From an uncultured Acidobacteriota bacterium (lineage in GTDB: Bacteria; Acidobacteriota; Thermoanaerobaculia; Multivoradales; UBA5704), in the NCBI GenBank assembly GCA_963770895.1, contig CAVYRF010000002.1, positions 608,001 to 672,000 on the forward strand: a stretch of DNA of 64,000 nucleotides, read 5' to 3'. The notes beneath the pieces are model-generated. The model ran no database searches. It was given only the letters and a program-made list of their open reading frames with translations, and was not told the origin of the DNA. This document shows, in pieces, positions 51,501 to 59,447 of the stretch; the first letter of the stretch is position 1; each line of letters starts with the position of its first letter. Both the position numbers and the translations under genes were made by a program.

Positions 51501-52644
51501 GACCGGCATGCCGACGCCATTGCCGCCGCACAGCGCCGGCTTCTTGGGGTCGGCCGGCGTGGTCGCTCCCGGGTTGGGGTTGGCGCTGGCGCCCCGCCCG
51601 CGCACCGCGGCCGCCTCCGCGGGCGCCACCGCACGCCACCCCTCCGGCAGCGGCTTTCCAGACCGGGCAAGCAGATAGCCGGAGGACTCCTCCTCCACGG
51701 CGGCGCGGCTCAGCCAGCGGTTGTCGCCGAACGTCATGTCCTTGACCAGGTAGCGGCTCCCCTGCTGCGCGACGAGCGCCGCGAAGTGGCCGGCCTTCCA
51801 ATGCACCACCGCCGGCACCGGGATGGGAGACCCAGCCTGGCGTTGGAACGCCTGCAGGTCCAAGCCGGTCGCCTGGGCGAGCTGCGCCATCTCCTCCAGC
51901 GAGGTGCCCTGGCCCGTCGAGCGGTAGCGCAGCACCCGCGGATCGGCGGCGGCGCCCGGATGCAGCACCGCGGCGACCCGCTCGATGGCCAGGGGGCCGC
52001 AGCGGAAGGAGCTGCCCGGATCGTGGCGCATCTGCCACAGGCTCGACCGCGCGCCGGAAACGATCTCCGCGGCGTGACCGCGCAGGGGGGCGGCTCCGCA
52101 CCGCGTCGAGCAGAGCCGCCAGCTCCTCCGTGCGGCCCAGGGCGGAGGTGATCTCGACGCGGGTCGCCAGCGCCGCGTCGGCAACCTTCATCGCCTCGGG
52201 CTCCCCAGACGTCGCGGTCAGCCGCCAGGCATCTTCGGCCGCGGCAAGAGCGCGATCCAGGTAGCCGGTGTGGCGATAGAGCACCGCCAGGTTGGCGAGG
52301 AGCGACGGCTTCCAGGCCGAATCTGGATGTCGCGTCAGGAACGCGAGGATCGGCCCCACCGCCTCGACGTCCGCCGCGGCGCGATAGGCGAGGATCGCCG
52401 CCGCCAGCTCGCGGGTCTCCGCCGCGTCCGGCGCCCCGACGGCGACCAGCGGCTCGGCAAAGGTTCTCCCCTCCTCCGGCCGCTCCACCATGGGCACCGC
52501 GGCGGTCTGGCAGCCACTACCAACTGCCATGGCCACCCCGGCGCCGCCCCCCGGCCCCCCGCCGGCCTGCGCCGACCCCGGAAACGTCAAACCGATCGCT
52601 ACCGCCACCGCCACAACACCCACGACGCCGAGGCACAGTCGCAT
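48552..52644 (-). CDS. Rhs gene A: signal peptide, helical domain, C39-like peptidase, YD-repeat shell (frameshift at G6 run 52085-52090)
   Basis: ATG 52644 with GGAGGGAG RBS; joining frames gives ..VRSRPLRGH..; FRCGP / HWKAGHF / VKD; many YD repeats; no Rhs core motif. Confidence 0.85.
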
Positions 52645-52951
52645 CCCTGACTCCCTCCTTCCGCAGCGCACCTGTCGCACAGAGCGAGGTCGACCGGCGG
52701 GGCCGGCCCCTTGCCGCAACGACGCGCCATCTCAACGGCGACTTAGAATTAATACCGTACATCTGTATATACGGGAGACAAGCACATTCCGTTGCACACT
52801 GTGTGCTTGACAAGGCTGTGACACGGCCGGCGAGCGGTGGACGGCGGCGCCGGGCTCCGGGCACGGGGCGCCGGACGTGAAGACGGCCAGCCCGGAAAGC
52901 CGGATCGGCCGCGAGGGCGCTGGCAATTCCAACCGGGGGTTGGGACGGGCT

Positions 52952-53875
52952 TCAGGAGGCGGCGACGACGACTTTGCCGGCGCGGCCGGGGACTTCTCCC
53001 CAGGCCAGGTCGCCGCGGCCGGCGCCGGGCTTGGCTTCGCGGGCTAGATCGCTCACCGGGTGGGTGGCGATGCCCAGGTCGCGGTGTCGCTTGAGGAGCT
53101 GCTGGAAGAGACCGCGGTGGGCCAGGCCCTCGGTTTCGGCGTGGACGGTCAGGACCTCGCAGTGCCCCGGCCGGTAGCGGGCCACCAGGCGGTCGACGTA
53201 ATTGTCGACGGTGATGCCGTCGCGGCCCAGGTCTTCGTCCAGGGTGGACAGGGTGGTGGGGATTTCCAGGGTGCCCAGGAGGCGGCCGCCGACGCGAGGG
53301 AAGAAGGGAGGGGCGGTGCCGCGCGAGACCGACAGGTAGTCGAAGCCGCGGGCGTCCAGGGCCTCAAAGGCGGCTTCGGTGCAGAACCAGGCGGGGGCGG
53401 CAAAGCTCCTGGGCGGGGCGCCGAAGATCTGGGCGAAAGTGGCGATGCCGCGGTCCAGCTGGGCTTCGATTGCGGCCCGCGGCAGCCGTTCCAGACGGTC
53501 CTGCCAGGTGACGTGATCCCAGGCGTGCAGGCCCACCTCATGGCCGGCGGCGGCGACGGCGGCAAGGGTCGCGGCGCAGCGGCGGCAGATGAGGGGCGCC
53601 GGCAGCAGGGTGCCGTAGAGGGCGGTGCGCCAGCCGTACATGCGGGCGGCGTTGGTGCGCAGCATCTTGGCCAGGAAGCCGCGCTTGCGGAAGACGCGCA
53701 ACACGGCGCGGCCTGAGTTGTCAGGCCCCAGGGTGAAATAGAAGCTGGCGCGGACGCCCGCGGCGGCCAGGTCGGCGAGCAGGGCCGGGACGCCGTCGCG
53801 GGTGCCGCGGAAGGTGTCGACGTCGATCTTGAGCGCCACGCGCGGCGGCGGCGGGGTGGCGGCAACGGGCGCCAT
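52952..53875 (-). CDS. arnD: ArnD-like deformylase (polysaccharide deacetylase fold)
   Basis: LKIDVDTFRGT, GPDNSGRA, LYGTLLP, HEVGLHAWDH and TVHAETEG. Confidence 0.88.
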   Translation of the reverse strand: MAPVAATPPPPRVALKIDVDTFRGTRDGVPALLADLAAAGVRASFYFTLGPDNSGRAVLRVFRKRGFLAKMLRTNAARMYGWRTALYGTLLPAPLICRRCAATLAAVAAAGHEVGLHAWDHVTWQDRLERLPRAAIEAQLDRGIATFAQIFGAPPRSFAAPAWFCTEAAFEALDARGFDYLSVSRGTAPPFFPRVGGRLLGTLEIPTTLSTLDEDLGRDGITVDNYVDRLVARYRPGHCEVLTVHAETEGLAHRGLFQQLLKRHRDLGIATHPVSDLAREAKPGAGRGDLAWGEVPGRAGKVVVAAS

Positions 53876-53895
53876 CGCTCGATCGCCCCCTGGGG

Positions 53896-54876
53896 TCAGG
53901 GGAGCCGCGGCCCCCAATCGGCCGTCGAACGGAACCATTCGATGGTCTTGCGCAGGCCCTCTTCGAGCGGCACCTTGGGTTCGACGCCGAGAATCGTGCG
54001 CATGCGGGTGATGTCGGGGAAGCGGCGCGGGATGTCTTCGTACGAAGGCCCGTAGATCTGTTCCTGGCGCACCAGGGTGATCTTCGAGCCGGTGCCCGGA
54101 AAGGCGCGGATCATGGCTTCGGCCAGCTCCAGGATGGTGGTTTCGCGGTCGCTGCCGATGTTGAAGATCTTGCCGGTGGCTTCGGGCAGGGTGCCGGCGC
54201 GCACCAGGGCCGCCACCGCGTCGTCGACGTAGGTGAAGGCGCGGGTCTGCTTGCCGTCGCCGATCACCGTCAGGTCCTCGCCGCGCAGCAGCTGGCCCAT
54301 GAAGATGGTGATGACGCGGCCGACGTCGATGCGGTCCAGGCGCGGGCCGTAGGCGTTGAAGAAGCGCACGATGACCACCGGCAGGCCCAGCTTGCCGTAG
54401 GCAAAGCAGAAGTGCTCGCCGACCGCCTTCGACGTCGAATAGCACCAGCGGTCGATCTCGGTCGAGCCGAGCAGGCGGTCGCCGTCTTCGCGGAACGGCG
54501 TGTCGCGCGACTTGCCGTAGACCTCCGAAGTCGACGCGAAGACCAGCCGCCGGTCGTAGCGGTGGGCCAGCTTGAGCACGGTCTGGGTGCCGTTGACGTT
54601 GATGTTGAGGACGTGCAGCGGGTCCTCGACGTAGTGCTCCACCCCGACCACGGCGGCCAGGTGATAGATCAGGTCGGCCTTGGCGACAAAGTTTTCCAAC
54701 AGGTCGGCCTCCAGCACCGACCCCTTGATATAGCGAAACGCCGGGTTGGCAAGGTTGTGGCGCACCTTGAGATCCGGCGCCGTATCGATCGCCGTGACCT
54801 CATGGCCCGCGGCGAGCAGGCCGTCGCCCAGGTGCGAACCGAGAAAACCGCCGCCTCCGGTAATCAGAACTCTCAT
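53896..54876 (-). CDS. NAD-dependent epimerase/decarboxylase (ArnA C-terminal-like)
   Basis: TGGGGFLG, STSEVYG, RWCYSTSK, RFFNAYGPR and QTRAFTY. Confidence 0.85.
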   Translation of the reverse strand: MRVLITGGGGFLGSHLGDGLLAAGHEVTAIDTAPDLKVRHNLANPAFRYIKGSVLEADLLENFVAKADLIYHLAAVVGVEHYVEDPLHVLNINVNGTQTVLKLAHRYDRRLVFASTSEVYGKSRDTPFREDGDRLLGSTEIDRWCYSTSKAVGEHFCFAYGKLGLPVVIVRFFNAYGPRLDRIDVGRVITIFMGQLLRGEDLTVIGDGKQTRAFTYVDDAVAALVRAGTLPEATGKIFNIGSDRETTILELAEAMIRAFPGTGSKITLVRQEQIYGPSYEDIPRRFPDITRMRTILGVEPKVPLEEGLRKTIEWFRSTADWGPRLP

Positions 54877-54889
54877 GGTCCAGCCTCTT

Positions 54890-55807
54890 TCAAGTGTCGT
54901 GTGTCGTGACCAGTGGCGCCGGCGGCGGCACACCCGCGAGCCCTTCCGCCGCCAGCACCTCGAACCAACGATCCGCCGTTGCGATCCATACCCGGCCCGC
55001 GTCGCGGCGGATGGTTCCCGGCGGCGGCGCCGGCACGCCGCCCAAACCCAGCGGCTCGCCCGGCGCTCCTGCGTACACCGCAACCCTGCACCCTTCGACG
55101 TCGCCGAAGGCACCGGGCCAGGGCGGCGCCACCGCCCGCACCAGGCAGTCGATCCGCGCCGCCGGCCAGGACCAGTCGATCGCCCCATCCTGGGGACCGC
55201 GCCGCCCGAAATAGCTGGCGCGCGATTCGTCCTGCTCCACCCGCGGCGCGGTGCCGGCGGCAACCCGCGGCAGCATCTCGGCCAGCAGGTCCACGCCCGC
55301 GGCTTCCATCTTGCGGTAGAGCGACAGCGCCGTCTCGCGCGGCGCGATCGCGATGGCGCGCTGGCCGACGACGTCGCCGGCGTCGGCGCGCCCGATCATA
55401 TGATGGAGGGTGATCCCGGTCTGCCGCTCCCCCTGCACCAGCACCCAATTGATCGGCGCCCTGCCGCGATAGGCGGGCAGCAGCGACGGGTGGAGGTTGA
55501 GCGCCGCCACGCGCGCCGCCGCCAGCAGGCGCCGCGGCAGCATGTCGCGATAGAACACCGACAGCGCCAGGTCGGGCGCCAGCTGCTCGGCGAACGCGGC
55601 GATGCCGCCGGGCGCCGCCGCCAGCTCGTCGGAGTAGTGCAGCGGCAGGCCCAGCTCGGCCGCCGCCTCGGCAGGGGTGCGATACCAGCGCCGCTCGGCC
55701 GGGTCGTCGCGATGCGTCACCACCGCCGCCACCTGCCAGCCCAACCCGGCCAGCAGCTTGACCGCGCGATAGCCCAGCTGGCTGTAGCCCAGGAAGAGGA
55801 CCTTCAA
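54890..55807 (-). CDS. Formyltransferase (ArnA N-terminal-like)
   Basis: THRDDP, NLHPSLLPAYRGRAPINW, ADAGD, YFGRRGPQDG and PWPGA. Confidence 0.88.
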   Translation of the reverse strand: MKVLFLGYSQLGYRAVKLLAGLGWQVAAVVTHRDDPAERRWYRTPAEAAAELGLPLHYSDELAAAPGGIAAFAEQLAPDLALSVFYRDMLPRRLLAAARVAALNLHPSLLPAYRGRAPINWVLVQGERQTGITLHHMIGRADAGDVVGQRAIAIAPRETALSLYRKMEAAGVDLLAEMLPRVAAGTAPRVEQDESRASYFGRRGPQDGAIDWSWPAARIDCLVRAVAPPWPGAFGDVEGCRVAVYAGAPGEPLGLGGVPAPPPGTIRRDAGRVWIATADRWFEVLAAEGLAGVPPPAPLVTTHDT

Positions 55808-56814
55808 GCGCCCCCGCCCGCCGGCGGCGCCACCGCCGGCGGCCCCAGGTTGATCGTCTCCTTGACCACGCTGCGTGGCCGCCGCCGCACCTCGACGTAG
55901 ATGCGGCCGACGTATTCGCCCAGCACGCCGAGCGCCAGGAAGTCCGCCCCCACCAGCAGGAACAGGATGGCGAACAGCGTGAAGAGCCCCTCCGCTTCGG
56001 GGCCGTGGATCAGCCGCCGCACCCCCAGGAAAACGCCGAAACCGATCGACACCAGCGAGATGAGCGTGCCGATCAGCGTCGCCAGGCGCAGCGGCAGCGA
56101 CGTGAAGCCGGTCACCAGGTCGGTCTGCAGCCGCAACAGCCGCCACAGGGAGTACTTCGATTCGCCGGCGGCGCGCGCCGCGTGCCCCACCGGCACCTCG
56201 GCGATGCGGTTGGCGAACTGGCAGGCCAGCGCCGGGATGAACGGCGTCCGCTCTTCGCACCGCCGCAACGATTCCACCACGCCGCGCGAATAGGCGCGCA
56301 GCATGCAGCCGTAATCGCGAAACTCGACCCCCGCCATGACGCGGCGCATCATGCGGTTCACCTGCCGCGAAGCAAAGCGGCGGAACCAGCTGTCCTGCCG
56401 CAGCTCGCGCCAGCCGCCGACGATGTCGAAGCCTTCGGCCGCCTTGGCGAGCAGCTTGGGGATGTCTTCGGGCGGGTTCTGCAGGTCGGCGTCCAGGGTC
56501 ACCACGGTGTCGCCGCGGGTCACCTCGAACCCGGCCATCACCGCCGCGTGCTGGCCATAGTTGCGGTTGAAGGAGATCACCCGCACCCGCGGGTCGCGCG
56601 CCGCGAAGCCGCGCATCAATTCAAGAGAAGCGTCGGCGCTGCCGTCGTCGACGAAGATCACCTCGGCGCCGCCGCCCGCCGCCGCGATCGCATCCATGAC
56701 CGGCGCCAGCCGCGCGTAGAGCGCCGGCAAGTTGGCCGCTTCGTTCCACACCGGGATGACGATCGACGCCGTGGGCGGCCGCGGCGCCGGCGCGGCCGTC
56801 GGCGGCGCGCTCAT
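55804..56814 (-). CDS. arnC: Undecaprenyl-phosphate glycosyltransferase (GT2)
   Basis: IPVWNE, VDDGS, RNYGQHAA, DADLQNPP, DYGCMLRAY and two C-terminal TM helices. Confidence 0.88.
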   Translation of the reverse strand: MSAPPTAAPAPRPPTASIVIPVWNEAANLPALYARLAPVMDAIAAAGGGAEVIFVDDGSADASLELMRGFAARDPRVRVISFNRNYGQHAAVMAGFEVTRGDTVVTLDADLQNPPEDIPKLLAKAAEGFDIVGGWRELRQDSWFRRFASRQVNRMMRRVMAGVEFRDYGCMLRAYSRGVVESLRRCEERTPFIPALACQFANRIAEVPVGHAARAAGESKYSLWRLLRLQTDLVTGFTSLPLRLATLIGTLISLVSIGFGVFLGVRRLIHGPEAEGLFTLFAILFLLVGADFLALGVLGEYVGRIYVEVRRRPRSVVKETINLGPPAVAPPAGGGA

Positions 56815-57980
56815 GCGACCATCGCCTGGCGCACCGCCGCCACCACGTCGCCGGCATCGTCGTCGGTCATCGACGGGAAGAGCGGCAGCGAGACGATGCG
56901 CGAGCAGACCTTTTCGGCCACCGGCAGCGCCCCCGGCGCCCAACCGAAGCGCCGGCGGTAGTAGTCGTGCAGGTGCACCGCTTCAAAGTGCAGGCCGGTG
57001 CCGATGCCCAGCTGGCGCAGCCGCTCCATGAACGGCGCCCGCTCGGGCGGCAGCACCGCGAACAGGTGCCAGGGGTGCACCTGCGGGTAGGCGGCGACCC
57101 CCGGCAGCTCGAGCCCGGCGATGCCCGCGAGCTCGCGCCGGTAGATCGCCGCCAGCTCCGCCCGCCGCCGGTTGAAACGTTCCAGCTTGCGCAGCTGGTG
57201 GATCCCCAGCGCCGCATGCAGGTCGGTCAGGTTGTACTTGAAGCCTGGCAGCACCACGTCGTACGACGCCGGCGCCTTTTCGGCCGCCGAGTACGCCTTC
57301 CAGGCGTCGCGCTGCACGCCATGGAAGCGCCACAGCTTGAGCTGTGCCGCCAGCTGGTCGTCGTCGGTCGTCACCATGCCGCCTTCGCCCGTGGTCATGT
57401 TCTTGATCGGATGGAACGAAAAGCAGGCCGCCCGCGTGCCGTGGGCCGCCGTGTCGCCGATCGGGCGCCCCTTGTAGACCGCGCCGGCGGCGTGCGCCGC
57501 GTCCTCGACGATGCCGACGTCGGGCCGCCCGGCCGCCGCCAGCGCTTGCCGCAAGGCGTCCAGGTCGCACGGCTGGCCGGCAAAGTGCACCGGCACCACC
57601 AGGCGCGTGCGCTCGCTCACCGCCGCCGCCAGCGCCGCCGGATCCAGGTTCCAGGTCACCGGGTCGATGTCGGCGAACACCGGCACCGCCCCGCACGCCA
57701 CCGCCATGCTGGCCGTCGCCGGCCAGGTGAGCGCCGGCACCACCACTTCGTCGCCGGCCCCCAGCCCGAGCGCTAAATAAGTGGCGTGCAGCGCCCCGGT
57801 GCACGACGAAAACGCCAGCGCGTGGCGCGCCCCGGTCGCCGCCGCAAAGTCGCCTTCCAGCCGCGCCACCCGCGGGCCGCTGGTGATCCACCCCGAACGC
57901 AGGCAGTCCACCACCTCGGCAATCTCGTCGTCATCGATCTCGGGCCGGGAGAACGGCAGAATGGGGTCGCGCGGCAGCAC
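56811..57980 (-). CDS. arnB: UDP-4-amino-4-deoxy-L-arabinose aminotransferase (DegT family)
   Basis: LPFSRP, SGWITSGP, EDAAHA, FSFHPIKNMTTGEGG and SLPLFP. Confidence 0.88.
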   Translation of the reverse strand: MLPRDPILPFSRPEIDDDEIAEVVDCLRSGWITSGPRVARLEGDFAAATGARHALAFSSCTGALHATYLALGLGAGDEVVVPALTWPATASMAVACGAVPVFADIDPVTWNLDPAALAAAVSERTRLVVPVHFAGQPCDLDALRQALAAAGRPDVGIVEDAAHAAGAVYKGRPIGDTAAHGTRAACFSFHPIKNMTTGEGGMVTTDDDQLAAQLKLWRFHGVQRDAWKAYSAAEKAPASYDVVLPGFKYNLTDLHAALGIHQLRKLERFNRRRAELAAIYRRELAGIAGLELPGVAAYPQVHPWHLFAVLPPERAPFMERLRQLGIGTGLHFEAVHLHDYYRRRFGWAPGALPVAEKVCSRIVSLPLFPSMTDDDAGDVVAAVRQAMVA

Positions 57981-58100
57981 GGCGCGTTAGTAGATCACCT
58001 CTTTCCCCCCACCCGCAAGGATCGCCGGGCGAGCGGCGATGGTGGATGATGCGGTTGTGCGAGCCACGGGAGCCACGGAAGCGCGACAGCCGGAGCACCA

Positions 58101-59429
58101 GTGATCGTCGCGGGAGCCGCGGGAGCCACGGGAGCCGCAGAGGCCAGGGGGCGCGCCGGCACGGTGCTGCGCTTCCACCTGCGCGTCGGGGCGCGCCTGG
58201 CGATGGTGGCGATGGTGCCGGCGATCGCCGCCGCGGTGGGGGTCGCGGCATTCTTGCGCCCCGATTTCCTGCGCGACGCCGCGCGCGTACTGTTTGGCCG
58301 GCGCTCCCAATTGGATGCCGCGGCGCTGGTCGTGGGCGTCGCCTTGCTGGTGGCTGCCAGGGTGGCGCCGCGGGTCGGCGCGGGGGTGAGCGGCTGGCTG
58401 CGGCACCTGCCGGCCGCCGGCGCCACCCACAGGCGGGCCGCGGCGGCGGCGATCGCGGTGGCGCAGCTGCCGCCCCTGGTCCTGCTGGCCGGCATGATCG
58501 GGCTGGCCCTGGCGTCCGGCGCCGCATCGCCGGGCGTGGCGGCCTGCCGCTGGGCGGGCCTGCCGGTGGCGGCGCTGGCGGCAGCGGTGGCGGCGCTGCC
58601 GGTGCGGCGCCGGTGGGCGGCGGCGCCGCTGGCGCTGGCCGGCGGCCTGCTGGCCGGGTTGGGCAGCTGGGCCGCCCTGCTCGCGGCGCTGCCGCTGGTG
58701 GCCCTCGCGGACCTGGCAGCCGGCCCGCTGCGTGCGCCGCGCGCCGGGGTGCGGCCGTGGTTCGCGGAGCGGTGGATGGGGCGCTTCGGCCTGGGGGCGC
58801 GCATCGCCTGGCGGGCGGTGGGTTGGCGGCGCGCGGCCGGCGCCGCGGCGCTGGCGGTGGTGCCCTGGGTGGTGACGCTGCTCTTCGTGGCGAACAACCC
58901 GCTGCCGCCGCCCTATCCGACGCGCGCCGCCCTGCTGGGCGGGTCGGTGGCGATGGCGCTCGTGCTCGCCGTCCTGGCCGGCGGCCTGGCGGTGCGCCGC
59001 CCGGTCTGGCCCTGGGCGCGGTCGCTCCCCTGGTCTGCCGCCCGCCGCATCCTCGACGACGCCGTGCTGCTGGGCGCCGCCGCGTTGGTGGTCGTCGCGG
59101 TCGGCGCGTTGGCGGCGCCCGCCGCCGCGGCGCCGCTGGCCGGCACCGCGCCGCTGGTCGCCATCGTGCCCCTGCTGGCCCTGCGCGCCGCCGCCGCCAT
59201 CCGCCGTCCGGCGGCCAGCCGCCTGGGCGCCGCCGGCGAGCTGCTGCCGCAGGCGCTGCTGCTCGGCGGCGTGGTCACCCTGCTGCCCTGGATCGTGGTG
59301 CCGCTCGCCGCCGCCCTCCCCTGGGCCTGGCGCGCCGCCGCCCGGCGCGAACGCGATCAAAAGGCCAGCCTGTGGCTCGCCAGGCACCACCTGGCCGCCG
59401 GCGATCCCCACTCCTGGACCGGCAGCTGA
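58101..59429 (+). CDS. Polytopic membrane protein of unknown function
   Basis: Many hydrophobic segments; two-fold pattern WLRHLP / WARSLP suggests an exporter permease. Confidence 0.65.
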   Translation: MIVAGAAGATGAAEARGRAGTVLRFHLRVGARLAMVAMVPAIAAAVGVAAFLRPDFLRDAARVLFGRRSQLDAAALVVGVALLVAARVAPRVGAGVSGWLRHLPAAGATHRRAAAAAIAVAQLPPLVLLAGMIGLALASGAASPGVAACRWAGLPVAALAAAVAALPVRRRWAAAPLALAGGLLAGLGSWAALLAALPLVALADLAAGPLRAPRAGVRPWFAERWMGRFGLGARIAWRAVGWRRAAGAAALAVVPWVVTLLFVANNPLPPPYPTRAALLGGSVAMALVLAVLAGGLAVRRPVWPWARSLPWSAARRILDDAVLLGAAALVVVAVGALAAPAAAAPLAGTAPLVAIVPLLALRAAAAIRRPAASRLGAAGELLPQALLLGGVVTLLPWIVVPLAAALPWAWRAAARRERDQKASLWLARHHLAAGDPHSWTGS

Positions 59430-59447
59430 CCCCGCCCCGCCGCCGTC

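Noticed and set aside
51590-52010. Rhs C39 domain as the leader peptidase for the GG precursors
   Set aside because: More than 40 kb away, predicted extracytoplasmic and not fused to an ABC transporter; nothing links them
58061-58140. 9-bp gagccacgg repeats (also ccatcg repeats near 61455-61510)
   Set aside because: Short low-complexity repeats are common throughout this window, with no evidence of function
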